From an uncultured Bifidobacteriaceae bacterium (lineage in GTDB: Bacteria; Actinomycetota; Acidimicrobiia; IMCC26256; PALSA-555), in NCBI GenBank assembly GCA_964555735.1, contig CAZKTS010000129.1:624-64623 (forward strand): 64,000 nucleotides of DNA, read 5' to 3'. Under the pieces are notes generated by a model, which had not been told where the DNA came from, searched no databases, and worked only from the letters and a program-made list of their open reading frames with translations. The position numbers were made by a program, and so were the translations under genes. Shown in pieces: positions 43,759-53,906 of this stretch. Positions within the stretch are counted from its first letter, which is position 1. Each line of letters opens with the position of its first letter.

Positions 43759-46592
43759 TGGTCCTCGCGACGACGTGGATCACCGAGCAGCTCGTCTTCG
43801 ACGGCGTGATCACCGGTCTCGTGATCGGCCTCCTCGCGATGGGCATCGTGCTCATCTATCGCTCGACGCGCGTCATCAACTTCGCGGTCGGGAACATGGG
43901 ACTGGTCGGAGCGAGCCTTCTCGCGATCTTGTCGATCAACTACGGCGTCCCGTTCTGGATCGCGGCGATCGTCGCCCTCTTCGTCGGCACGCTCTTCGGC
44001 GTCGCGATGGAGCTCATCGTCATCCGGCGCTTGTTCTTCGCGCCGCGTGTCATCGTGCTCGTGGCCACCATCGGGATCTCCGGCCTCGCGCTCGCGATCG
44101 TCACTGCCTATCCGGAGCTCGACAGCTTCTCGTCCGGATATCCGGTGGCGACCGACACGATCTGGAGCGATGTGGCCGGTGTGCGGATCACCGGCCCGCA
44201 GCTCTCCGTGCTCGTCGCGGTCCCGATCGTCACGCTGGTCCTCGGCTGGTTCCTCAACCGCACCTTGCTCGGCAAGACGGTCAAGGCGTCGGCCGAGAAT
44301 CCCGACCTCGCCCGTCTCCAAGGCATCAACCCGAAGCTCGTCTCAACCGCGGTGTGGGCCATCGCCGGCTTCCTCGCGACGCTCACCATGATCCTCGTCG
44401 CCGGCCAGAGCGGCTCTGCGACCGACCTCGTCACGCTCGGTCCCAACACGCTCGTCCGTGCGCTCGCCGCGGCGGTGATCGCCGGGATGGTCTCGTTCCC
44501 CCGAGCCATGTTCGCCGGCGTCGCGATCGGGATCGTTCAAGCCGTCATCGGCTTCAACTACCTCGACAAGCCCGGCCTCATCGACGGGTTGCTCTTCGTC
44601 GCGATCCTGATCGCCGTCGCGGTCCAGAGTCGCCACGGTCGCCAAGAGACCCAGACCTTCGCGTTCACGCCGAAGGTGCGAGCGATCCCCGACCAGCTGC
44701 GGGATCTGTGGTGGGTGCGCCACCTCAACCGGATCGTCCTCGGCGCGCTCGTCGTCGTCGCGATCCTCGTGCCATTGGTCATCACCGCCCCGTCGCGACA
44801 CCTCCTCTACGCGACGATCGGGGGCTTCGCGATCTGCGCGCTCTCGCTCACGGTCCTCACGGGATGGGGCGGCCAGCTGTCGCTCGGGCAGATGGCGTTC
44901 GCGGGCATCGGTGCGCTCACCGCCGCCGCCCTGACTCGTGGGTTGGAGCTCGATCTCGGCGTCGTCAACCTCGAGCTCGGGGGCTTGCCGTTCCTCGTTT
45001 CGATCCTTCTCGCGGCCATGGTCACCGCAGCGTTCGCGGCGCTCATCGGGCTCGGCGCGCTCCGAGTCCGAGGGCTCTTGCTCGCGGTCAGCACCTTCGC
45101 GTTCGCGGTCGCGGCCCAGCAGTACCTCTACCGCCAGCCGGTGTTCTCGGACGGCTCCTCGTCGACCGTGGCGTTTCCTCGCGGGACGCTGTTCGGTCTC
45201 GACCTCTCGTCGCAGCGCTCCTACTACTACGTCGTCCTCGCCGTGTTGGTCCTCGCGGTGCTCTTCGTCAGCCGGCTTCGGCGGACCGGGATCGGACGCA
45301 CGACGATCGCGGTGCGCGACAACGAGGACAGCGCAGCGGGGTACACCGTCTCGACCGCGGTGACCAAGCTGCGCGCGTTCGCGATCGCCGGCGGTCTCGC
45401 GGGCGTCGGAGGCGCGCTCCTCGCCGGCGCACTCGAGAGTGTGCCGTTCACGGAGCGGTTCTTCCTCGTCGGCGACTCGCTGCTGCTCGTGTCGATCGTC
45501 GTGATCGGCGGGATCGCGTCGCCGATGGGCGCGGTCCTCGGCGCGCTCTGGGTGATCGGTCTGCCGGCGTTCTTCCCCGACAACAACCTCGTGCCGCTCT
45601 TCACCTCGAGCATCGGGCTCCTGGTGCTCCTGCTCTACTTCCCGGGCGGCTTCGTCCAGATCGCGTACGCGACACGAGATGCGTTCCTGGCCTGGGCCGC
45701 GCAGCGGACCCAGGCACCGACGCAGCCGCGTCAGGTCGAGACCCCGGCGATGCTCCGCCGTGCCCCCGACCCACTCCCGGAGGGCATCGCCGCGCTCGAG
45801 GTCCGCGACGTCCGGGTGCGCTTCAGCGGCATCGTCGCCGTCGATGGCGCCTCCATCACCGTGGGGGCCAACGAGATCGTCGGTCTGATCGGGACGAACG
45901 GCGCGGGCAAGTCGACGCTGATGAACGCCATCGGAGGCTTCGTCCGATCGACGGGCACGGTCACGCTGCTCGGCCAGGACGTCTCGCGACTGTCATCCGC
46001 GCAGCGCGCGCGGCGGGGGCTCGGCCGCACGTTCCAGGCTGCCCGCCTCTTTCCCGAGCTGACCGTGCGCGAGACGATCGAGGTCGCACTCGAAGCCCGG
46101 GGACGTACCGGCTTCCTGGGCACTTCCCTCTGCCTTCCCCGTGCCACCGCGCGCGAGCGAGCTCGGCACGCGGAAGCCGGAGAGCTCGTGGCGTTCCTCG
46201 GGCTCGGTCGCTACGCGGACGCCCGCATCGCGGACCTCTCGACGGGCACTCGCCGGATCGTCGAGCTCGCCGGCCTGCTCGCGCTCGATGCGCGCGTCTT
46301 GTGCCTCGACGAGCCGACCGCAGGGCTCGCGCAGCGCGAGACGGAGGCGTTCGGCCCGCTGATCGCGGAGATCCGCCGCGAGCTCGGAGCCTCGATGCTC
46401 GTCATCGAGCACGACATGCCGCTGATCATGGGCATCAGCGACCGGGTCTACTGCCTCGAAGTCGGCAAGGTCATCGCGGAAGGCCTTCCCGACGTCGTGC
46501 GGCACGACGTCAAGGTCGTCGCGAGCTACCTCGGCACCGACGAGCGAGCGATCGCTCGCAGCGGTGCCGCAACTGATGGCACGTCAACCTGA
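43758..46592 (+). CDS. Fusion: LivH-like + LivM-like permeases + LivG-like ABC ATPase
   Basis: 944-aa single ORF. Two branched-chain-type permease domains, then GTNGAGKSTLMNAIGG...LSTGTRRIVELA...LCLDEPTAGL. Its start overlaps the previous stop by 1 nt. Confidence 0.85.
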   Translation: MVLATTWITEQLVFDGVITGLVIGLLAMGIVLIYRSTRVINFAVGNMGLVGASLLAILSINYGVPFWIAAIVALFVGTLFGVAMELIVIRRLFFAPRVIVLVATIGISGLALAIVTAYPELDSFSSGYPVATDTIWSDVAGVRITGPQLSVLVAVPIVTLVLGWFLNRTLLGKTVKASAENPDLARLQGINPKLVSTAVWAIAGFLATLTMILVAGQSGSATDLVTLGPNTLVRALAAAVIAGMVSFPRAMFAGVAIGIVQAVIGFNYLDKPGLIDGLLFVAILIAVAVQSRHGRQETQTFAFTPKVRAIPDQLRDLWWVRHLNRIVLGALVVVAILVPLVITAPSRHLLYATIGGFAICALSLTVLTGWGGQLSLGQMAFAGIGALTAAALTRGLELDLGVVNLELGGLPFLVSILLAAMVTAAFAALIGLGALRVRGLLLAVSTFAFAVAAQQYLYRQPVFSDGSSSTVAFPRGTLFGLDLSSQRSYYYVVLAVLVLAVLFVSRLRRTGIGRTTIAVRDNEDSAAGYTVSTAVTKLRAFAIAGGLAGVGGALLAGALESVPFTERFFLVGDSLLLVSIVVIGGIASPMGAVLGALWVIGLPAFFPDNNLVPLFTSSIGLLVLLLYFPGGFVQIAYATRDAFLAWAAQRTQAPTQPRQVETPAMLRRAPDPLPEGIAALEVRDVRVRFSGIVAVDGASITVGANEIVGLIGTNGAGKSTLMNAIGGFVRSTGTVTLLGQDVSRLSSAQRARRGLGRTFQAARLFPELTVRETIEVALEARGRTGFLGTSLCLPRATARERARHAEAGELVAFLGLGRYADARIADLSTGTRRIVELAGLLALDARVLCLDEPTAGLAQRETEAFGPLIAEIRRELGASMLVIEHDMPLIMGISDRVYCLEVGKVIAEGLPDVVRHDVKVVASYLGTDERAIARSGAATDGTST

Positions 46593-46611
46593 TCTCGATG
46601 AAAGGAACGTC

Positions 46612-47847
46612 ATGCGAAAGCTGATCGGAGCGTGCACCGCGCTCGTTCTCGTCCTGGGGAGCGTCGGCATCGCCGGCGCGTCGGCCCCGACGCAGAGCAC
46701 GCCCGGTGTCACCAAGGACGACATCAAGGTCGGAGTCACCTACATCGACTTCTCGGAGATCCGAGACATCGTCGACATCGACCACGGTGACTACGAAGCT
46801 GCGTACAACGCGGTCATCGCGGACCTGAACAAGAACGGGGGGATCAACGGCCGCAAGGTCGTCCCGGTGTTCGCTCCGGTCAGCCCGGTCGGCACCGTCC
46901 CGTCCCAGGAAGCGTGCGTCAAGCTCACCGAGGACGAGAAGGTCTTCGCGGCCATCGGCTTCTTCAACCAGGACGCGCCGCTGTGCTACTTGGAGCAACA
47001 CGACACGCCGATCGTGGGCGGCAACATGACGCAGGAGTACCTCGCGCGCGCGAAGGCGCCCTGGTTCTCGGCCGAGAGCGGTGACGGCACCGTCGAGCAG
47101 GTCGTCCAGGCGTTCGCCGACGACGGGGCGTTCAAGCAGAAGAAGCTCGGCATCGTGACGACCGTCCAGGAGAAGGGCGTGCTCGACGACACCGTGCTGC
47201 CGACGCTGAAGAAGAACAAGGTCAAGGGCACCTCGGCGATCATCGATGTCGCCGCCGACGACGTCACGGCCGGCGAGCAGCAGGCCGGGGTCATCGCGGA
47301 ACGATTCGGCCAGGACGGCGTGGACACCGTGCTCGTCGTCGGGAACGCCATCCAGCTGTTCGCGTCGGCCCTCGGGAAGACCGATTACCGCCCACAGCTG
47401 CTGGCGACGAACCAGAACACGTACCTCGGCTACCTGGGGAACCCGGGCCACGACAAGACGGTCCTGGAGAACTCCATCACCGGCGGCGTCGCGGTCGACT
47501 TCAACGAACCCGGCTACCTGAAGTGCAAGAAGCTCGTCGAGAAGGCCATCGGTGAGAAGATCAAGCACCCCGACGATGTGGCTGACGGCGAGAAGGACTC
47601 GAGCGTCTCGACGTCGAACGCCTGCTACAACGTCGCGCTCTTCGCCGCCATCGCGAAGGCGGCCGGCAAGAACCTCACGGTGAAGAGCTTCGGGAAGGCT
47701 GGCGACTCGTTGCAGACGGTCGACCTCCCCGGCTACGGGACCGTCACCTACGACCCGACGACCCGCGCCTACTCCCAGCCGATCTACCTGAACCGGTACG
47801 ACGCCGCCCAAGACGACGTCGTCCAGGACGACCAGCCGGTCGGCTGA
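46612..47847 (+). CDS. Periplasmic-binding-protein type I (LivK-like) substrate-binding protein
   Basis: Signal peptide MRKLIGACTALVLVLGSVGIAGASA, about 411 aa. GAAAGGAA SD. Confidence 0.85.
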   Translation: MRKLIGACTALVLVLGSVGIAGASAPTQSTPGVTKDDIKVGVTYIDFSEIRDIVDIDHGDYEAAYNAVIADLNKNGGINGRKVVPVFAPVSPVGTVPSQEACVKLTEDEKVFAAIGFFNQDAPLCYLEQHDTPIVGGNMTQEYLARAKAPWFSAESGDGTVEQVVQAFADDGAFKQKKLGIVTTVQEKGVLDDTVLPTLKKNKVKGTSAIIDVAADDVTAGEQQAGVIAERFGQDGVDTVLVVGNAIQLFASALGKTDYRPQLLATNQNTYLGYLGNPGHDKTVLENSITGGVAVDFNEPGYLKCKKLVEKAIGEKIKHPDDVADGEKDSSVSTSNACYNVALFAAIAKAAGKNLTVKSFGKAGDSLQTVDLPGYGTVTYDPTTRAYSQPIYLNRYDAAQDDVVQDDQPVG

Positions 47848-47855
47848 GGAGCAAC

Positions 47856-50678
47856 GTGCTGAACGTCCTCGATCTCCGCTGCGAGCACCACGTCGATCCT
47901 CTGGGGATCGATGCCACCCGACCACGCCTGTCGTGGCGCACCGACACCGACGTCGCCGACTGGACCCAGGCGGCGTACGAGCTCGACGTGCGCGACGCCG
48001 CGACCGGCGACGTGGTCTGGGGGACCGGCCGAGTCGAGTCGGACGACTCGGTCCTCGTTGCGTGGGCCGGACCCGACCTGCGGGCCCGCCAGGCGTGCAC
48101 CTGGCGGGCCCGGGTCTGGGGTGCCGACGGCATCGCGTCGGAGTGGAGCGCCCCGGCGACCTTCGAGGTCGGGCTGCTCGAGCCCGACGACTGGTCGGCG
48201 AGGTTCATCACGCCCGCGCTCGACGACGATGGGCGGGCGCGCACTCGCCCGTCGCCGTACCTACGGCGGCCCTTCACGCTCGACGCGTCGGTGACGTCGG
48301 CGCGCCTGTACGTCACCGCCCTCGGCGTGTACGAGGTCGAGCTCAACGGTGTGCGGGTCGGTGACGAGGTGCTCGCGCCCGGGTGGTCGAGCTACCACCA
48401 CCGCCTGCGGTATCAGACCCATGACGTCACCGATCTGGTCCGCGAGGGCGACAACGTCATCGGAGCCGTGCTCGCCGACGGCTGGGCACGCGGCAACCTG
48501 ATCGAGACGCGCGCGGTCTACACCGACCGCCTGGGTGTCTTGGCGCAGCTGGAGGTCACGCTGTCCGACGGCAGCACGTGTGTCGTCGCCACCGACGACG
48601 CGTGGGTGACGTCGCCCGACGGCCCGATCCGTGAAGCCGATCTCTACAACGGCGAGGTCTACGACGCTCGCCAGGAGCTCGTCGGCTGGTCGGCCCCCGG
48701 CTACGACGCGTCGGCCTGGGCGGCGGTCGAGCCGCTCGAGCAGCCGCTCGACGTCCTGTGCGCACCGCCCGGTCCACCCGTCCGGCGCATCGAGGAGGTC
48801 GCGCCGGTCGGGATCACCTCGGCCGCGTCCGGCGAGACGGTGATCGACTTCGGGCAGAACCTCGTGGGATGGGTTCGCATCCGCGTGCGCGGGGACGCGG
48901 GGGCGACCGTCACGCTGCGCCACGCCGAGATCGTCGAGGACGGCGAGCTCGTGGTGCGGCCGCTTCGATCGGCGAAGGCGACCGACATCTACACGCTGCG
49001 TGGGGATCCTGACGGCGAATCGTGGGAGCCGCGCTTCACGTTCCACGGCTTCCGCTACGTCGGGGTGAGTGGGTGGCCGGGCGAGCTCGCCACGGACGAC
49101 GTGCGGGCAGTGGTCGTGCACTCCGACATGGCGCGGACCGGTTGGTTCGAGTGCTCGAACGCCCTCGTCAATCAGCTGCACGAGAACATCGTGTGGGGGA
49201 TGCGCGGCAACTTCCTGGATGTGCCGACGGACTGCCCGCAACGCAGCGAGCGCCTCGGCTGGACCGGCGACATCCAGGTCTTCGGGCCCACCGCAGCCTT
49301 GCTCTACGACGTCTCCGGTGTGCTCACGAGCTGGCTCGCCGACCTCGCCGCGGAACAGACCGCAGAAGGCGTCGTGCCCTACGTGGTGCCGTCCGTCGAA
49401 TCCGGCATGGTGAGTGCGACCTGTGGGTGGGGAGATGTCGCGACCATCCTGCCGATGGTGCTGCACGCGCACTATCGCGACGTCGGACTGCTCGAAGCGC
49501 ACTACGAGTCCATGCGTCGCTGGGTCGAGTGTGAACGACGCGCCGCGGGTCCTGACCTGATCTGGGCGGGGGACTGGCAGTTCGGCGACTGGCTCGATCC
49601 CAAGGCGCCTCCGGATGATCCGAGCGCGGCGCGCACGAACCCTGACCTCCTCGCGACGGCCTTCTTCGCGTACTCGGCGCGGCTCCTCGCCGACGCGGCG
49701 GCGATCGTCGGCCGCTCCGATGATGCGCGCCGGTTCGGGCGGCTCGCCGAGGATGCTCGCGAAGCGTTTCGGGACGAGTTCAGCACCCGACGAGGGCGCC
49801 TGACCTCCGAGGCCCAGACCGCCTACGCGATCGCCCTCGGGTTGGAGCTCCTCGACGAGGAGCAGCGCGCCGGTGCGACGGAGCGACTGGCGGTCCAGGT
49901 GCGCAACGACGGCAACGTCCTGGGCACCGGCTTCCTCGGCACGCCGTGGCTGTGTCCCGCACTCAGCGAGAACGGGCGCGACGACTTGGCGTACCGACTG
50001 CTCCTGCAGCAGCGATGTCCCTCGTGGCTCTATCCCGTCACCAAGGGCGCGACGACGATCTGGGAGCGCTGGGACGCGATCCGTCCGGACGGCTCCATCA
50101 ACCCCGGAGGGATGCTGTCGTTCAACCACTACGCGTTCGGCGCGATCGGGGCCTGGCTGTACCACCGCGTCGCCGGCCTCGCGCCGGACGCGGCCGCCCC
50201 GGGGTGGAAGCGCTTCATCGTGGCGCCCCTCCCTGGTGGCGACCTGACGTCGGCGTCGGCGCGAGTCCGCACGCCGTTCGGCGTCGCATCGTCGGCGTGG
50301 ACCCTCGACGATGGCCGGCTCGAGCTGCGGGTGACGGTCCCGCCGAACACTCGAGCGATCGTGACCGTCCCGGGCGAGCATGGGTCACCGCACGAGGTCG
50401 GTGCCGGCGAGCACATCTGGTCCGTCGACGTCGATCAGGAGGCGCTCGATCGGTGGATGCCGTCGCTCGCCGCGCCGTCGTTCGGTCCGGACACGCGGAT
50501 GGCGGAGATCGCGAGTGCCCCGACCGTCATGGACGTGATCGTCAGCGTGGGGATGAAGGTCGTGAAGGTGGGTTCCCGCGAGGTGATCGGTGCGTGCACC
50601 GTGGCGGAGCTGATCGAGCGAGCCGAGCTCGACGACGAGGAAGCCGAGCGGCTGCTCGCCGCCGTGGCGGCACTCTGA
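47856..50678 (+). CDS. Alpha-L-rhamnosidase (GH78)
   Basis: 940 aa. N-terminal LRCEHHVDPLGIDATRPRLSWR, catalytic (alpha/alpha)6 region DCPQRSERLGWTGD. Confidence 0.9.
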   Translation: MLNVLDLRCEHHVDPLGIDATRPRLSWRTDTDVADWTQAAYELDVRDAATGDVVWGTGRVESDDSVLVAWAGPDLRARQACTWRARVWGADGIASEWSAPATFEVGLLEPDDWSARFITPALDDDGRARTRPSPYLRRPFTLDASVTSARLYVTALGVYEVELNGVRVGDEVLAPGWSSYHHRLRYQTHDVTDLVREGDNVIGAVLADGWARGNLIETRAVYTDRLGVLAQLEVTLSDGSTCVVATDDAWVTSPDGPIREADLYNGEVYDARQELVGWSAPGYDASAWAAVEPLEQPLDVLCAPPGPPVRRIEEVAPVGITSAASGETVIDFGQNLVGWVRIRVRGDAGATVTLRHAEIVEDGELVVRPLRSAKATDIYTLRGDPDGESWEPRFTFHGFRYVGVSGWPGELATDDVRAVVVHSDMARTGWFECSNALVNQLHENIVWGMRGNFLDVPTDCPQRSERLGWTGDIQVFGPTAALLYDVSGVLTSWLADLAAEQTAEGVVPYVVPSVESGMVSATCGWGDVATILPMVLHAHYRDVGLLEAHYESMRRWVECERRAAGPDLIWAGDWQFGDWLDPKAPPDDPSAARTNPDLLATAFFAYSARLLADAAAIVGRSDDARRFGRLAEDAREAFRDEFSTRRGRLTSEAQTAYAIALGLELLDEEQRAGATERLAVQVRNDGNVLGTGFLGTPWLCPALSENGRDDLAYRLLLQQRCPSWLYPVTKGATTIWERWDAIRPDGSINPGGMLSFNHYAFGAIGAWLYHRVAGLAPDAAAPGWKRFIVAPLPGGDLTSASARVRTPFGVASSAWTLDDGRLELRVTVPPNTRAIVTVPGEHGSPHEVGAGEHIWSVDVDQEALDRWMPSLAAPSFGPDTRMAEIASAPTVMDVIVSVGMKVVKVGSREVIGACTVAELIERAELDDEEAERLLAAVAAL

Positions 50679-50679
50679 G

Positions 50680-51666
50680 CTAGTCGTCGCCGGGGTAGCG
50701 GACGCCGATCTGGGCGCGGATGCCGTCCAGGACGTCGAGCACACCGCAGGTCTCGTCGAGCGGCAGGGTCGGGCTCTCGAGGAGTCCCTGCTCGAGACAC
50801 CGGTGCACTTCGCGTGCTTGGGCGGCGAGCCCGGGCCCTTCGGGGGGACAGTCGACCGCCTGCACCCCGGCGGTGGTCGTGACGGTGAGTCGTTCCGGCC
50901 GGTGCATCGGCGCCGCGATCTCGATGCTGCCCTCGGTTCCGGTGATGCGTCCGTGACCGGGGAGATCGAGGGCGAGGCTGGCCCGGACGACCGCGAGTGC
51001 TCCGCCGTCGTAGCCCAGCGTCGCGACCACGGTGTCGTCGACGCCGCTGGGTGCGAGCCGTGCCTGCGCCGAGACCTCGCTCGGGAGGCCGAGCACCATG
51101 GTGGCGAGGTGTACCGGGTAGACACCCAGATCGAGGAGCGCGCCGCCCCCGAGGTCGGGATCGAAGAGACGGTGGGCGGGATCGGGGTTCGGGATGCGGA
51201 AGCCGAACTCGCCCTCGACGAGGCGCGGCTCGCCGATCGCGCCCGCCGCGACGAGCTCACAGATCGAGCGATACGAGGGCAGGAATCGGCTCCACAGCGC
51301 TTCCATCAGGAAGAGCCCCCGGTCGCGGGCCGTTGCGGCCATGTGGCGTGCCTGGCGAGCGTTCAACGCGAACGGCTTCTCGCACAGGACGTGCTTGCCG
51401 TGTTCGAGGGAGAGGACGGTGTCGGGCTCGTGGCACGAGTGGGGTGTCGCGACGTAGACGATGTCGACGGACGGATCGGCGGCGAGCGCCTCGTAGGACC
51501 CGTGGGCTCGGCCGATGTCGTGCTCGCTCGCGAACTCGTCGGCGCGTGCCGCCGTGCGTGACCCGACCGCGACGATCGACGCGCCGTCGACCTCGTGGAG
51601 GGCCCGCGCGAAGTCGTGCGCGATCCGGCCCGTCCCCGCGATGCCCCAGCGATGACTCGCGGTCAC
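50680..51666 (-). CDS. Gfo/Idh/MocA-family oxidoreductase
   Basis: 328 aa. WGIAGTGRIAHDF Rossmann N-terminus and EKP motif (LCEKPF). Confidence 0.85.
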   Translation of the reverse strand: MTASHRWGIAGTGRIAHDFARALHEVDGASIVAVGSRTAARADEFASEHDIGRAHGSYEALAADPSVDIVYVATPHSCHEPDTVLSLEHGKHVLCEKPFALNARQARHMAATARDRGLFLMEALWSRFLPSYRSICELVAAGAIGEPRLVEGEFGFRIPNPDPAHRLFDPDLGGGALLDLGVYPVHLATMVLGLPSEVSAQARLAPSGVDDTVVATLGYDGGALAVVRASLALDLPGHGRITGTEGSIEIAAPMHRPERLTVTTTAGVQAVDCPPEGPGLAAQAREVHRCLEQGLLESPTLPLDETCGVLDVLDGIRAQIGVRYPGDD

Positions 51667-52520
51667 CGGATGGGTGCCCGCTCGGCGTCCCAGCGTCGTT
51701 GGCGCTCCGAGACGACGCGCTCACGGGGCCCGGTCGCCCTGAAGGTACGAGCGGCGGGGCCGAGCGCGTCGTGGACGACCTGCTCGATGGGCGTGGCGAT
51801 CCCGTCGCGGCGGTCGAGCTGCAGCGGCGCGCGGAGCATCACCGACGTGTTCGACAGCACCCGAGGTCGCGTCGTCTGGTTCACCGACTTGGAGTGGACC
51901 AGGAACGGGTGGGCCCACACGATCGTGCCTTGACGGCCGGTCAAGGCACGAAAGTCGCGGCATTCCTCGAGGATGTGGGCGATGCCGAGCTCGGAGGGCA
52001 GGAGTCCCTCGGGGTGCGCGGCGAGGCGCCGCGCGACCGGGGCGATCGAGTCCGGCACGATGTAGGTCGCGCCCTGATCCGCGTCGACGTCGCGCCAGAA
52101 GACCACCCCGAGCAGCCCTTGCTCGGGCGAGTCGAGGAAGTGGCGGAACCAGTCGCCGTCCTTGTGATAGCCGGCGCCGTCGGCGCGCCAGTCCGGCGGG
52201 TCCCAGGGTGGCTCGTCGCTCGCGAAGTTGAAGATCAGGTTGTCGGGGATGTCTCCGAACTTGACGTTGTCGAGGCCACCGGTGAGCTCGTCGAGGAGCG
52301 CGGCGGCCCGCGGTGCGACGTCGTGGACAGGAAAGACATCCGCGGCGGGGAGGTTGTGCCAGCCCGGCGGCCAGGTCGACGGATCGTCGGGTGACGCGCC
52401 GAGACGTTGGAACCCCCGGCGCACGACGTCGTCACAGAAGTCGGGCTCGAGGGCGTGCTCGACGGCCACGAAGCCCTGATCGATGAAGGTCTGCGCGGCG
52501 GGGGAGCGCGCGGTGGTCAC
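51663..52520 (-). CDS. Phytanoyl-CoA dioxygenase (PhyH) family protein
   Basis: 285 aa. GYHKDGD...H pattern. 4-nt overlap with the downstream gene. Confidence 0.7.
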   Translation of the reverse strand: MTTARSPAAQTFIDQGFVAVEHALEPDFCDDVVRRGFQRLGASPDDPSTWPPGWHNLPAADVFPVHDVAPRAAALLDELTGGLDNVKFGDIPDNLIFNFASDEPPWDPPDWRADGAGYHKDGDWFRHFLDSPEQGLLGVVFWRDVDADQGATYIVPDSIAPVARRLAAHPEGLLPSELGIAHILEECRDFRALTGRQGTIVWAHPFLVHSKSVNQTTRPRVLSNTSVMLRAPLQLDRRDGIATPIEQVVHDALGPAARTFRATGPRERVVSERQRRWDAERAPIR

Positions 52521-52551
52521 CGGCTCGCCCGACCGCCGCGGTCAGTGGACC

Positions 52552-53028
52552 TCATCGGCGCAGCTCCCGCAGCGGGACGGACGTCATGGTGTCGAGGACG
52601 ACGTGGAGCGCCGCGATCCGCAGCGTGCCCTCGTCATCACGCACGGTGCCGCGCACGATCGCGGTCGAGAGGTTCGAGACGCCGTCGACGATCTGCGTCA
52701 CGAAGATGTACGAGGCGAAGTCGGCCTCGGTCGCGCGGCGGCCCGTGATGTGGACGTCGGTGCCGTGATGGCGGAGCGGGTACGGGCTGTCGAGGCGGTG
52801 TTGACGCTGCCACGCCATCACGGCGTCGCGACCCTGCTGGTCGGCACGAACGAACTCTTCGTAGTCGGTCGTGCCGGTGTCGGTGCGGCAGGTGAAGTGC
52901 GTGTCGCCGGTGAGCAAGCCGTCGAGCACGTCGAACTGGCCTTCGTCGTAGTTCCACCACCAGCGTGCGACCAGGTCTTGGACCTCGGCCGCTCCGATGG
53001 TGCTCCGCGTCGTCTCGGTGTCCGTCAC
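52552..53028 (-). CDS. NTF2/SnoaL-like fold protein
   Basis: 158 aa. DLVARWWWNYDEGQFDVL is typical of SnoaL_4-like proteins. Confidence 0.6.
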   Translation of the reverse strand: MTDTETTRSTIGAAEVQDLVARWWWNYDEGQFDVLDGLLTGDTHFTCRTDTGTTDYEEFVRADQQGRDAVMAWQRQHRLDSPYPLRHHGTDVHITGRRATEADFASYIFVTQIVDGVSNLSTAIVRGTVRDDEGTLRIAALHVVLDTMTSVPLRELRR

Positions 53029-53798
53029 TTCTGCATCCCTCCGCAGACGGCGATCTCGTCGCCGGTCACGTACGACGACGCCTCGCTCGCCAGGTAGAGG
53101 ACCGGCCCGACGATCTCGGCCGGATCGGCGACGCGCTTCATGAGCGTTCCGTTGGCGATCAGCTGCTTGAAGCCCGGCGCGGTCCGCTCACCGCCTTCGG
53201 TCATCTCGCTCTCGAACGGGCCCGGGGCGAGCACGTTGACCCGTACGTTCCACTGCGCCCACTCCTGCGCCATGCTCTTCGAGATGTTCACGAGGGCGGC
53301 CTTCGAGGACCCGTACGCGCAGATCGTCGCACCACCGGAGTAGGCCGCCATGGTGGCGATGTTGATGATGCTCCCGCCGCCTTGCTCGCGCATGACCGGG
53401 AGGACGCACTGGCTCATGCGCAGGGGTCCCTCGAGGTTGACCGCGAAGAGCTTGCGCCAGTACTCGAGCGTCATGTCGGCCGGGCCCATGCGAGCAGGGT
53501 TGATGCCCGCGTTGTTGACGAGGACGTCGATCCGTCCGAAGCGCTCGACGACACCGTCGACGAAGCCGGGGATCGCATCCCAGTCGCCGACGTGGCACGC
53601 GAGGCCGATCGCCGGCCGCCCGGTGCGCTCGGCGACTTCGGCAGCCACGGCGTCACAGGCGTCCTGCTTGCGGCTGCTCACGACCACCGACGCGCCGGCC
53701 TCGGCCAGTCCCTCGACCATCGCCCGGCCGAGGCCCTTGGTCGAGCCGGTCACCACCGCCACCTTGTCCGTCAGATCGAACAGCGTCTGCGTCGACAT
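53025..53798 (-). CDS. Short-chain dehydrogenase/reductase
   Basis: KVAVVTGSTKGLG cofactor motif, YGSSK catalytic motif. Start at MSTQTLFD. Confidence 0.85.
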   Translation of the reverse strand: MSTQTLFDLTDKVAVVTGSTKGLGRAMVEGLAEAGASVVVSSRKQDACDAVAAEVAERTGRPAIGLACHVGDWDAIPGFVDGVVERFGRIDVLVNNAGINPARMGPADMTLEYWRKLFAVNLEGPLRMSQCVLPVMREQGGGSIINIATMAAYSGGATICAYGSSKAALVNISKSMAQEWAQWNVRVNVLAPGPFESEMTEGGERTAPGFKQLIANGTLMKRVADPAEIVGPVLYLASEASSYVTGDEIAVCGGMQK

Positions 53799-53906
53799 GT
53801 GCACACCACGCAAAGAAGGAGAGGGGAATCGCGACGGGCTCGCCGCGTCAATATAACGACGCTACATTCCGTGGGTTCAGGACGGCAACCGCCGAGGAGC
53901 CCGGTC

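Noticed and set aside
52965-53906. N-terminal two-thirds of the 625-aa ORF 52965..54842
   Set aside because: It is antisense to the well-supported SDR gene 53025..53798. Only the part from ATG 53907 has SDR motifs.
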